Assembly (NCBI GenBank): GCA_030704615.1
Contig: CM060734.1
Coordinates: 37,262,001-37,326,000 of the forward strand
Source of the DNA: Takakia lepidozioides
Taxonomy: Eukaryota; Plantae; Bryophyta
Length of the DNA: 64,000 nucleotides
Reading direction: 5' to 3'
Shown: positions 49,647-62,428 of the stretch, in pieces
Position numbering within the stretch: the stretch's first letter is position 1
Layout of the letters: each line of letters starts with the position of its first letter
Position numbers and translations under genes: made by a program
Notes under the pieces: generated by a model
Told to the model about the DNA's origin: nothing
Seen by the model: the letters and a program-made list of their open reading frames with translations, nothing else
Database searches by the model: none

Positions 49647-50625
49647 CACCCTAACGAGGTCTTATGTCCTATGCTTCATCCATTCATTACTATAATTTGA
49701 AATTCACATATCGCACCACACATGAAAATGACGTAGCAGGATTTGAGCCCCAAACCACTGAGGTAACACAAAGTGCACTCTCCAGCTAAAAGTTTAAAAT
49801 GGTCAAAAGGTTCAAAAAGTTCGAAATAAATTCAAAATGGATTTAGGGCTGCGGGATTGCGTTCAGCGCTGAGTCTGGGACTTGATCGTTTTGCTGTTGT
49901 TTGTGTCGTGGGATGATCTGCAGGATATGCATAGCTTGGGTGCGAGATCTGAGAGTAGGTTAAAGGTCAAAGGAGTTTTTTTCTCATGTATTTGAAGAAG
50001 GTCTGTATACTCCCAAGGATGGAAAATTGTACATGAAGGGCTCTAGACCAGTAGATGCCAATTGGACAATGCAGATTCCTGACATTATGGGCTTGACTGT
50101 TCCCTTAAAATTGTTCTGGAGTACCCCTCAATAGTTGCTAGGTGGCTGACAAGACCAACTGTGAAGATAGACGCACCAGCCGGAGGAATGTGGACGAACC
50201 TTTCTACTGCAAACCGATGAATTTTGCTTTCCCGATCACTTACAAGCGATGAGATCATTTCTCGGAAGAGTCTGGAGGGTCGTTGAATGTGGAAACCGTA
50301 GCTCTGATGCTGCTATGTATTGGTGCCCAGTTGTTACATGTCAAGCGCCATCCGGTACATCTCGCGATGTAGCTGCAAGTGCATTTACAGGGTTTCAACA
50401 ATCATGTATGGTAAGCTGAAGGTGTGAATTTCTCGCAAAGTTGAGTAGATCATCTTGACAATCACCATGTCATTTAAGCTACAGCTTCCATCTTTTCCAT
50501 CCCTTTGGCACAGTTACTCTGAACTAGGTGGAAATGGATAATCACTTTTGGGCCTGCCATACTCCTGGTTGCTGGTGATGTCAACTCCAGTCATTGATTA
50601 AAAAAAATGCTGATATTGTTTGACA

Positions 50626-50706
50626 GTGCATGGCAGAGGCAGGTGTTGATGGTGCTCTGATAGTGCAACCTATCAATCACAAGTTTGATCACTCGTATGT
50701 CTCAAG
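50626..50706 (+). pseudogene. Amidohydrolase-family exon remnant
   Basis: CMAEAGVDGALIVQPINHKFDHSYVS with AG/GT borders, typical of the plant amidohydro_2 protein; decayed DNHFWA/GDVN upstream; no downstream amidohydrolase exons seen. Confidence 0.75.
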
Positions 50707-51053
50707 GTCTGTGTACAGGCTATGTGACAAACCCTATTCAGTCATTCATAATTATGGTCAGCACTTAGCAGTCATCCCTTGCCACTCACTGGAGTCTCTT
50801 TCTGCCTTCCTGCTTGTAGCTGTCCCTTGCATCTAGTAGATCCATTTCCACGTAGAGACTCCCAGTTTTCACCAAAGTCTTTCAACTTTGATGACTCAAG
50901 TGCCTGGCAGCCTTCGTGCAAGAGGCACATTTGGTCATTGGGTGTCATTAAATGTTTCTTGAATGGTTTTCTGCTGCATCCACACAGGACGCTCGTTGAG
51001 ATATATTTTTTGTTCCTGTGTCAAGATAATAACTAAATGTTTTGGTCATACAG

Positions 51054-53359
51054 TATGGCAGGGTTGAGTCAGGCACTTTTGGGCATCTCCACCATGACCA
51101 CTACTTTTGAGAGAGGACCACCAAAGGGATTCAGTAAGAATTCTTCTTTCACTGTTGAGGATGTAAAGACACTATGCAAGACTGGACAATGGAAAGAAGC
51201 ACTGCAGATTTTGAACCACCAAGGCATTTCAGCAGACTCCGAGGTGTATGTCTGCCTTCTGCAGGAGTGCAGTAAAATGAAAGACTTGTCAGTGGGAAAG
51301 CAGTTGCATGCCCACATTATCCAGAGTGCACACAAACCAAATATCCTTCTACTGAACACGCTTGTCAACATGTATGCCAAGTGTGGAAGTGTTCTGGATG
51401 CACGCCTAGTGTTTGACAATATGCCTGTACGGAATGTGCTTACATGGAATATAATAATGGCAGGATATGCCAAGCATGGGTGTGGTAGGGAGGCCTTGAA
51501 GCTCTATGAGAAAATGAAATGGGAAGGGGTAATACCCAACAAGGTCACATTCACTTCTGCTGTCAGTGCATGTGCCAGCCTGGCAGCTGTGGACAAGGGC
51601 AGACAAGTCCATACTGACATCTGCAAATCCGGAGTTGCTCCAGATATCATCCTGGACACTGCCCTCGTTGCCATGTATGCCAAATCTGGGAGCATAATGG
51701 ATGCTCGTGAAGTGTTTGACAATATGGCACAACGAAATGTGGTCTCATGGAGTGCAATGATTGCAGGGTATGCTCAGCATGGGTGTGGTAGGGAGGCTTT
51801 CGAGATCTATGAGCAAATGTTACGGACGGGGCTGATGCCCAATAGTGTTACATTCACTTGTGTTCTCAAGGCGTGTGCTAGTATGGCAGCCCTAGAAAAG
51901 GGCATAGAGGTCCATGCTAATATCGTCAAGGCTGGAATTGAGCCAGATATCATTTTGGAGAACATTCTTGTTGACATGTATGTTAAATGCGGAAGTATGA
52001 AGTATGCACATCAAGGCGTTTGACAATATGGCTAAACGAGATGTAGTTTCATGGACCGCAATGATGGCTGGGTATGCTCAGCATGGGTGTGGTAGGGAGG
52101 CCCTGCAACTTTTGAACAAATGCAACAGGGAGGTGTAAAGCCAAATGTGGTCTCATGGAGTGCATTGATTGCAGGGTATGCTCAGCATGGGTTTGGCAGG
52201 GAGGCCTTTGATATTATGAGCAAATAACACGGGAAGGAGTAACACCCAACAAAGTCACATTCATTTGCATTCTCAATGCGTGTGCCACCTTGGCTGCCCT
52301 GGAAAAGGGCATAGAGGTTCATGCTGACATCATCAAAACTGGAATTGAGCCAGATATTATTCTGGAGAACACCCTTGTTGACATGTATGCCAAATGTGGG
52401 AGTGTAAAGGCTGCACGTCAAGTGTTTAACAGTATTTCTGAACGAGATGTGATCTCATGGAACGTGATGATTGCAGGATATGCTCAGAATGGTTGTGGTA
52501 TGGAAGCCCTGCAACTGTTTCAACAAATGCAACAGGAAGGGTTGAAGGCAAATGCTATCACCTTCATATGCCTTCTCTCTGCATGTAGTCACATGGGTCT
52601 AGTGGATGAAGGCTGTCACTACTTCGATTGTATGAGTCGTACCCTTGGCCTGACCCCTAGAGTGGAGCATTTTGGCTGTATGGCAGACCTTCTTGGTCGT
52701 TCAGGGCGATTGTATGAGGCAGAGGACTTCATTAACAAAATGCCAATCAAACCTCAGGCTGCAGTGTGGGGGTCCTTGTTTGCTGCCTGCAGAATCTATG
52801 GCAATGTGGAGGTTGCAGAACGTGCGGCAAAACGACTCCACAGGATCCTGCGACTTATGTGCTACTATCCAACATCTATGCTGCGGCTGGCAGGTGGGAT
52901 GATACCGCGAAGGTGAGAAGAATGATGACAGACAGGTGTGTCAAAAAGGAAGCAGGTCGCTGCTGCATTGAGGTTGACAACTGCCTGCATACATTTGTTG
53001 TAGACGACAAATTGCATCCCCAGATTGAGGAAATCCATGCTGAGCTGAAGAGATTGTCTGGTCATATGAAGGAGGCTGGGTACTTTCCTGACACGCGGTT
53101 TGTATTGCATGATGTTGGGGACGAGCAAAAGGAGTTTTCTCTTTGCCACCACAGTGAGAGGCTGGCCATTGCCTTTGGGCTAATTAACACAGCCCCCGGG
53201 ACACCTCTTCGTGTCATCAAGAACCTTCGGGTGTGTGGTGACTGCCACACAGCAACCAGGTTCATGTCAAAGATTGTTGGGCGAATTATAGTTGTACGCG
53301 ATGCTAACCGCTTTCATCACTTCCAACATGGAGTTTGTCCTTGTGGGGAATACTGGTGA
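51054..53359 (+). pseudogene. PLS-E-DYW(EYW) PPR editing factor with several frameshifts and a stop
   Basis: Split over ORFs 51037-52023, 52290-52916 and 52766-53359; HSERLA, CGDCH, ends CPCGEYW. Confidence 0.85.
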
Positions 53360-54155
53360 AATCAGCAACAGGCATGAAAGAACGATCATCCCTTCAAAGT
53401 GAGGGGAGAACCTCTGCCTGTACGCATCAAAGTTAAGGGAATTTGGCCTACATCTGTAAAAGTTACATCTGATTATGCAACCAATTCGGCCCATTTTGGG
53501 CCTTGCAGGCGCTTAGGAGTTAAAGACGAAAACTACATATACTCCCACTGCTTACATGCATTTCTATACAATGTGTGAGATTCTGGGACACTGCAAGACG
53601 AGAGTCTAGAAGCTGTATAATCTAGAAAATTGAGCAGAATCTCGTTCCGCCCATAGAAGAATATTCTTCATATTTTGGGAATATCCAAAGAATATCTAAT
53701 GGCGAAACGAGATTCTGCTCAGTTTGCGAGACAAACTGGCATCTCCGAAGAATATGACGTTTGATCGTTGGAGCGTTCTAAGTTCTGGCAGGAATTTGTT
53801 GACGTATGTAATCACCAGTGAGAATGTAAATGGGAGGAAGTCGAAGATCTGTGTGAGAAAAAAACAAGAGGAGGTTGTTGGAGGAGTGACAAGTCAGGAA
53901 ACATGGAAAGCCGGAGTTGTTGAATGAGGAGTGAAGCGGAATTTGTAAGATAATTGCTGACATGAGCCTCTGTTGATCTTGGATGGTAGGACACTCGATG
54001 CTCCGGGACTTGATTGTTCTGCTAGATTGCAAAAGAATTCTCAGTCATTTGGATTTGTAGGACAGTTACAATTTGAGCGAATTTTCCACTGTTCATGCAA
54101 GATGCGGGATTGTTCAGTTTTGGTCAATTGCGTCTCTGAAGAGTGTGTTGAGATC

Positions 54156-54158
<3 letters not shown>

Positions 54159-54200
<42 letters not shown>
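54159..54200. repeat. (GA)n microsatellite
   Basis: About 21 GA units. Confidence 0.95.
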
Positions 54201-54205
<5 letters not shown>

Positions 54206-54303
54206 CTCGTAAGACGTTGTTTGCCGTAGCTTGTGGCCATTGTTGAGCGTGTTTGCGTGAAGGTGTTTCTTCACAGTCTCTTCGCAGTGTGTCATCATCA
54301 ACA

Positions 54304-55400
54304 ATGGGCTTGGAGAAGGTAGAACGACCGAATGTGAATGAGGAAGCCGGGGACACAGCGCAGCAGTCCAGTGGTTCCATCACTAGACCACCCCGCCACA
54401 CGTCTTCTAAGTATGACTTTGTTAAGGTAGACACTCTGGCTATCAACTGCGGTTGGGGAAGGGGAAGCTGCCTATTCAGCCATGATATCTGGTGGCAACT
54501 CTGCCGTGAAATGTCGACTGACAGAACATCGATACCTTCGTTTTCAAAATTTGTACAGCAGATGCAATTTTGGATGATGGTTTTCTAATTGCCAGGCTAG
54601 TCGCTGATACCAAGCACCGATAAAGTACAGATGGGCCAAAAACAACTTGGAGGGAGCGGCGCCTTGTTCTGAGCCGAACCTTAGTCCAGTTTGAATCCAG
54701 TGATTAGTTTCCTACAGTTGTGGCCTCAGGGGACCTACAGTGAAGGAAGGCTTGCTCCAGTCTTGGCTCTTATTGAAAATGACATTCACAGTGGTCTTCT
54801 GGATCTTCCCCAGTAAGCTCTTTCCATGGCATCAATTCGAATAAGACCCAAGGAGGGTCGTAGTTGTTGCATAATTTGAAACCTCTAAAACCTGCCGCAG
54901 TTTTTGCTATCTCTCGGAATTGGCCTCACGTGCATCTGCCTCATTTCTGAATAACACCCTTGTTCATCTCTAAGTGCGAGATTAAGTTGACGCAGCCAAA
55001 CAGCCCACCGTAAGCTTCATTTCGGGTTGATTGAGGTTTATTGATACAATGCCAGCCACCAGTGTCAGTTCGACACAAAAAGATCATTACGGGTACACAA
55101 TTAGAAATACCCCTTACATCCGAAGGGGAAATGAAAGGTACTTTATAACGTCCACCCCGAAAGAAAGAGAAAAACTCTATGAGGAGAAAAAGAAGCTTTA
55201 TAACGTCCCCATGGGTCCATGTGACAAAGTAGAACAATAAGAAAGAAAGGTAAGAGAGGTGGGAGGATGGACTTGCGAAGGTAGCATCAAGATTGATGGA
55301 TCTCGACAAAATTAAGGTGTGTGTGGGGTGCAGGTTAGGAGAAAATGTGGACCATTATTATGTACTGTCATGCTTTCTGGTGAGCCGTATGCTCACTGTG
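54304..55400 (+). pseudogene. P-loop NTPase (LPA1/2-phosphoglycerate kinase-related) 5' fragment, truncated at a MITE
   Basis: Exon 1 MGLEK..SSKYDFVK|; exon 2 remnant LGENVDHYYVLSCFLVSRMLTV ends at the MITE; no further exons seen. Confidence 0.7.
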
Positions 55401-55402
55401 TA

Positions 55403-56094
55403 GGGAATTCCAAAAAGGCCTTGATGTGAAATGCATCGCAATTCACTTGATCACCCCCTAAAAGTGTCAACATGATACCTTTGTAAGGGTATCGAAATTT
55501 TTGATAATTCTCAAGATGAACATATTTTTTGTTTTCTTTGTCATGGGCCAGATACTAGTGTTAGGGGACTACATGGTGATGCAGGGGAATCCTTTCATCA
55601 ATTGTCAGGTTTGATTTTGTCTGTTTTTTCCGGAGCCAACCATGTTTCTTTTGCCAATGAATCACAGGAAGCTGCCGATCTGTCTCCGGCTCTGGCTCTC
55701 CCTTTCTGAGGGTGGCTTCACAACTCCACAATTTCCTCAAGGGCACAAGAAAGAGGGCCAGCAAGAATAGACGGGCAACATGTATTTTTAGCTTATACTC
55801 TTATATGTGTATAAATATAATTTGAATATATACATGTACATATATATTATATACAGAAATAAGTTAAAAATTATAGATTACAATTCAATTGAATTGTAGT
55901 CAGCAATTCAATTGAATTGCCAACTAGCGATTCAATTGAATTGCGAATTGAATCGTGTGCCGACAATTCAATTGAATTGCAAATTAGGGTTAGTTCAATT
56001 GAATTGCCCTTGCAATTCAATTGAATTGCGCACTTTTAGGGGGTGATCAAGTGAATTGCGATGCATTTCACATCAAGGCCTTTTTGGAATTCCC
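55403..56094. mobile_element. MITE (692 bp) with perfect 64-bp TIRs and TA target duplication
   Basis: 55403-55466 is the reverse complement of 56031-56094; TA on both flanks. Confidence 0.92.
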
Positions 56095-56514
56095 TAAATG
56101 GCCACAAGTCAATCACCAAGATAGGTGTGTAGCTCTGCTCCTCCCACATGTATCTCTGTCCGTGCTTCCACAGATAGCTGCACCCACGTGTCTTTTCTTC
56201 TTGCTCAGCCAGGAGCGAACGGTTCTTTGGGCTTTGTATATTCTCAATCCTCCAGCCTGGGGAAATTTTCGAAGCTTGGAGCTTGACCTTATGCTTATCT
56301 CATCGTTGAAGCTATGATATCTCTTTTCGCTTAAACTTCCAAGTTTGCCAACAGCTAGGAGGACCTGTTGAAGCCGTCAACAATCCCTTTGCTGGAGCTG
56401 GCGATTTCAAATTCTCTTTTGCTTACCGGCAGGAATTGCAATTTCGTCATCTTTGTTTGTGCTACCCCACCTTGCGATTGTTTGAGAACAGAAGAATTGT
56501 TTTCCCACCAAGTA

Positions 56515-59500
56515 ATGGCGAGAGGGCTGCGTGCGTGCTGTGTGACTGTGGTCGCGAGCATATCACTGTATTTGGCAGCGTGCATCGCTTTGTTCCCGCT
56601 CGTGTTATGGCCACCACGGCCTCGCCATTCATTTGGAGAGGGCGATGAAATTCTCGCTAATTTCTTTCAGTCTACTAGCTGCCCTTCTCACCTTTCTGCG
56701 GAGACAGGTACACACACACACTGCCAGGCTAATCTGTATAATGGTAGGACATTACAGTTTTTTGTACACTTCTCTCCCTCCCTCCTTCTATGAGAGGCCG
56801 ATTGCTGTGGGTGGGGGTACAAAAAACACCATCATGAGTAACATAGGAGGTTGAAGTAGAAGTCACAAGAAGGGGAGGGGCCTGGCAATATTGGTTCAGC
56901 ATTTGCTAGCTCATGGTGTTTTGTCACTTGTTAACTTCAGCATGCCTCTTATTTACCAATACACATTGTATGTCTCTTCTAAAGTCTTGGTGGGATAGTG
57001 TTCTGGAATGGGCTACCTTGTTTATATCATGTTTTTATATTTAAATTACAAGGCTCTATAAATTACCCAAGGGGAAGTTTGGAAAACAAAACTAGCCTGG
57101 CTACATTCTCCTTCTTATTGTGTGTGGCATGTTTTGATGCAGGGGAATGCCAATCTTCAGAGGGAAAATTCTTTTTTGGGTTGGCAACAGCACCGGCACA
57201 TGTAGAGGATAGCTTGAATGATTCATGGCTAGAGTTTGCAAGAGGTAGCAAAGGCAATTACCCGGTAAGTTTTCATCTCCCTGCCCTGCCCTTTCCTGTG
57301 GTTGGGAGCTGTGGTTACTGCTGCAATAGAACCTCACAGTCTCTGCTCCTAATGAGCTGGGCCTGGGAGCTTCCTGCCACTTACTATGAAGGATAGTCTT
57401 ATGATTATCTTTCGTTTGTTTTTTCACAAGGATCCGTTGAATTACATCTTTCTCCACATGAAGGCCGTTTTAAGCTCTGTTCAGTGCCATCTCTAGGGCT
57501 TTGGAGGAAATTTGGAAGGCTGGGACTAGGTAAATAAACCTGTTTAGATCCTAGCACTGGTATGAGCAAACAACAATAACATCAGTCCTCCTAATGCCTT
57601 CTTTTCTCTACCCTGTTCCTCCCCCTTCCTGGAAGTCCAAATATATCGAAATACTTTGTGAAGTTTACTGTGTGCAATCGTCTTTTCCAAGAAGAGCTGC
57701 TGGTCATCTCAAGTGTAAAGAAGAATGGCCTTACTTCGTATTGAGCGAATGGTAAGACCAAACAAAGCCATGTCAAAGGCATACTCCATAGCCATAGGCA
57801 GTTGATAGTGATTGTTGGGCTGAAGGGGGGGAAATCAGGTGAGGGCGTGGCACAATGTTCCACTTCCAGACGAACGTCTGCGTTTTTGGTCAGACCCCAC
57901 GATAGAGCTAGAGCTGGCAAAAGCGGCGGGGTCGACCGTCTTCCGACTGGGGATTGACTGGGGCCGCATTGTCCCCAAGGAGCCTAGCAATGGCATTGAT
58001 GAAGTGGTATGTAGATCCTTCATTGCAGTTCTGTTCTGCTCATGCAATACATACCAAACATTTGTGCTGTCCAGAGTCACTATGTGCCTCTTTTAGAGGA
58101 GTTATGAGGACGATATTGTTTCATGTCTCTCTTCATCTCCCTCTTTCTTTTTCTGGGTGTAAGGTTGGGGTCAGTGTTCTACAGAATGCTATGGCAAACC
58201 TCCAATTGCATTTGACTGGTCGAACTACTCTGTGTGTGTGTGTCTGTGTGTCTGTCTGCATGTGTCTCACCCAGAGACGAGGGGTAAGTTAATGCTTCAA
58301 AAACTATCAATTCAGTGCAAAGCAAATTGAATAGAGGCTCTGTTAAGATGGAGCTTGCGTCAAACAATTTCAACTGTAAAGTACATTCTTCTGACAAGAA
58401 ATGGGTGAAATGTTTGGGGAACAGGTGGACATGGAAGCAGTAGAACACTATAAGTGGATGTTACGAGAGGTGCGTGGCCATGACATGCGTGTGATGCTCA
58501 CCCTCTTCCATCACTCATTGCCGAAATGGGCCTTTTCATTTGGTGGCTGGATCGACCCTCGCATGATCTCTTACTTTACAGACTTCACAAGGTGGGATGC
58601 AACCTCATTTGTTTCACACTTTTGTTGATCTGAACACATTTGGTGTGCATGTCACATGATTATTTGAGAGCAGCTAGCGAAATGCTTAATCTTGCAAATG
58701 AGATGCTGTTGGCTGCGAGAGTGCTCTGGCAATATGATACTGAGATTGTCACCCAGTTGAGAAGGACTATATCCCTTCGGTCTTTGGTTACTAGCCTCCA
58801 GAAGGCACCATCTTCCTGCATCCATTTAGCAGGGCATTTCAGCGGCTTTATTTGATAATTCATTGGCTGGATTTTAAGAACTCTTCCTTCAAGACATACT
58901 GTGACTGGTAGGGAGATCACAGCTAGGGTAGAAGCACCGATCGTGGTGCATGCGCCAATGTACCCCTATTGCGCACCCATTTTTGGAAGGTGTCAGAGCA
59001 TTTTTAGGCTGGGTGCACCACGATTGGCCAATAAACTTCCCCAAAGAGGAATGAACCATCTAACCCTTGTTTTACACTCAATTTTTCCTAAGTAGATGAA
59101 CTCTATTGAAAATTGTTCTAACTACAAAATGATGGGGCACATAAAGAGCTTTCCAATGGTATCTTTATTTTCTGGAATAGTTACAACCCAAGGTGCCAAC
59201 TTGCGATTTAGCAGGTATTATGTAACCTGTGAAAAACTCAAATTACTCCAAGTAGCTGAGGTCTTTTGAAAATTCTTCTAACTACATAAAGATGGGCAGA
59301 TGAAGGGCTTTCCAATCGTATCTTTATCTTCTAAAATGGTCACAATCCCAAGTTCCAGGGAACAAGGTGCACCACAAGAGGAACATGGTGCACCAAAGGA
59401 TCAAGATTTCCTCTACTTCTGATGACTTTTAACCTCGAAAAAAGAAGAATTCCATTATACTTTCAACTAAAGAAATTTGATCCTATATAAAGCCTGTTCT

Positions 59501-62428
59501 CTTAAGGTATTGCATGACCTCAAAGGTGTACAGAAAGTATCTAACATTTCATTAACTTGTTGAGCCATAACCGGTGCTTCTACCCTATGTCTTGTATTGG
59601 TCCAAATTGGTGGCTAGAGCAGAATTGCTGGAGCCAACATTTTGTTTTTCTGACATGATGTCTGTACCAGCCTGTATATCAATATTCAGTGGTTCCATAC
59701 CCTGGTATGTAGAGTCCCCGGGAAGATTGATATGCAGCGGGCACTATGCCCAGACGACCCAAGGGTATTCATGGCCAATGAGTGCACTATTATTATCCAT
59801 TCTGTACTGGAGTGAGCCTTCCCCCATGATTGTGGTGTCCATTCTTCTCTCCTTTCCGTCTGCCTCCCCCTTCTCCACCATTACGCTCAGTCCAAACATG
59901 GTGCATTGGCCTACGTCCACAAAGCTATGGGAATCAAATTCTTTTTTTCCTTCCTTCCTCTCTGTCTGCCTCTCTGCTCCATCTAAAAGTAGGTTCAGGG
60001 AACATGGCCACACGAGTTCTATGGCAAGCAGAAGTCCCATGATCATCACATTCTTTTCTTCAGTTGTTCCCTCCAACCTGTTTCATTTTCTGTTCTTGTA
60101 CAGGTCTGACTTCTTGAATTGATTTCTGTTGATATAACTTCCACTCTTTATGGCAACAAAAGTCCAGCACACGAGGGTTTTTGTTTGTTGCTTCTCCTAG
60201 ATCTTTTACTTTGTCATCAGGTGGCATGAATGCAATACAGGTTTTCCAACGAACAATTTGGTGAGTACGTGGACTTTTGGGTGACATTCAATGAGCCACA
60301 CATTTTTGCCATCCTCACTCACTGCTCTGGGACTTGGCCTCCCGGACACCAGCCATCCACTTTGGCATCACTCTTCTGCTTCACACCCTGGGGAAACTAT
60401 GGCCGAGCTATGGACACCATCACGCGTGCCCACATTGCCGCATACAATGCCCTGCATCAAGGGTAAGTACCAGAAGCTCTCAGTGTGTCAGTTGTGGTGT
60501 CTCCTCTATGATGTTTATCAGCATCGTTGAGTTACTCTATCAATCTCTTTATCTCTCCCATTCTCTTAGACTTCGTTAGCAAATTCTTACGAGTTCACTT
60601 GTTTCTCATTTCTCTGCCTTTCTGCTCTACACAAATTGTGGACATTGGGCAGGTGAAACCTAATCAGCACATTATTTCATATCACTGTAAATATTCTGAC
60701 CTATATTGGCAAGTCTATTAAAGGGAACCGAGTCTTGATAGAGCCTGGATCCGGGTTAAATCCTATTGGCAGGGATAAAAGTACAGTGGTTGGAGTGGCC
60801 CATCATGTGGGTGTGATACAGCCTTATGGCCTGCTCGATCTGCCTGTTGTCTATATCTCACGGTGGTTTACGGAATTTCATTGGACGGACGCCATTCAAG
60901 ATTATCTTGACTTCTGTGGAATTAACTACTATGGACAGGTCTTTTCTCTCCTTTCTGGCTCCTTCTGGTTTGCTCTTTGGCTTGTTGAAGCTGTCTCTGT
61001 CTTATTTCCCCTTCTTCATGTTTCCTGTGTATTCTCTCTTTATCTCCCTTGGTCACTTTGGGCCTTGTGGACAAAATATATTTGTTTGTTCTTTTCTTAC
61101 CCCCTCTCCTTGGCCCACTATGATATTTACATTGTGTCACCATGTGAACTTGCAGGAGGTTTTATCAGCTGCAGGCCTTATGCTGGTGCCAGAAGAGGAA
61201 TATAGTGAAGCAGGGCGAGGGGTCTATCCTGATGGTCTTTTCCAAGTTTTGGTTTCATTTCATGCGCGATATCATACCCGCCGACCAAACCTTCGTTATA
61301 TAATCACAGAAAATGGATTCGCTGATGCACGCGACATCATACGACGGCCATATCTTCTGGAGCACTTGCTTGCAGTTCATGCTGCCATTCAGCAGGTTGG
61401 TGCCCTTTGAAATACCTTGGTCTCATTCCTCTGTCCAGTCATCGTATGCATCTGAATTGTTTGTAACACCATGTTGTAGTGGCGGTTTCTTGCAGGGTGT
61501 GCCTGTGGATGGATACTTGCAATGGACCATTTCAGACAATTGGGAATGGGCAGACGGTTACTGTCCCAAGTTTGGCCTGGTTGATGTGGATCGCGCACGC
61601 AACCTTACCCGCAATCCTCGCCCGTCTTACTACCTCTATCAGAAGGCAAGCTCCCTTGACTAGCAGCTCTGTGTGTTATAGTGTGTATCTGTCAGACGTA
61701 TGTAAATCTGCTGGACAAAATAGTCCATCTATAGCATTGCTGTGGAGTATCAGTCACTACACTGCAATGATTACCTGCACTGATGTGCTCCATCCACTTA
61801 TTTGTGCGCAGGTGTCGAAAACTGGCATTGTGACGCTGGAACAAAGAGAGAGAGAGTGGCAGACACTGCAAAACGAGATAAAGATGGGAGGTGTGCGTCC
61901 ATTCTGCCGTGCAGTTGCTCCAGACAAAAGGATGTGGGCTGGTGAGTTTATCTCCTGTGCAGTGAGTTCAACTTCAAGCTTTAAATCAACTGGCAACTTG
62001 CCCCCCAACACATGCATCTTAATGAACTGGTTACAAATGTCTTCTGAGTGTCAAGTTGTGTGTGGTCAGTTGCAAATGGTCTTTGGCGCCCTCCACAAAA
62101 GTGTATTGAGGTTATAGGTCATACAGAAGAATTAACAGCTGTGACAATTTGGACAACTAACATGAAAATGTGTTCCCATCTGAACAAATCAGTGCTAAAT
62201 GTCTCTGGCTCCTTGCTTGTTTCAGAGAGTCTGGACACGCCAGTTATGCGGGCGATTGCTAACCGGGATTGGCGGTTTAGCAAGTATGTGCCACCCGGGC
62301 TTTTGGTGTATGCATTGCGTTCGGTTGAGGTTGTAGGAATTTTGCTGAAGGAAGCTGTGCGCTTGTTCATGGGTGGCCAGCCTATGGATGTGAGCCTTCC
62401 CCCTGAAATCATCTCTGGAGAGCTATAA
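56515..62428 (+). CDS. SFR2: SFR2-like glycoside hydrolase family 1 (galactolipid galactosyltransferase-like), ~10 exons
   Basis: FFFGLATAPAHVED, ERLRFWSDP, VFRLGIDW, TLFHHSLP, catalytic TFNEP and ITENG, EEYSEAGRGVYPDG, TISDNWEWADGY. Confidence 0.88.
59100..59362. repeat. ~159-bp tandem duplication in SFR2 intron (probable TE remnant)
   Basis: tgaaaatt.ttctaactaca..gctttccaat.gtatctttat.ttct..acaa.ccaag occurs twice. Confidence 0.65.

Noticed and set aside
49725-49790. tRNA-like sequence on the - strand
   Set aside because: Degenerate B-box and no cloverleaf; at most an old SINE remnant.
53340-53359. EYW terminus as a novelty
   Set aside because: Common DYW variant, and this copy is frameshifted.
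59574-60122. 182-aa and 110-aa ORFs in the SFR2 intron
   Set aside because: No recognisable domain; low-complexity intronic sequence.
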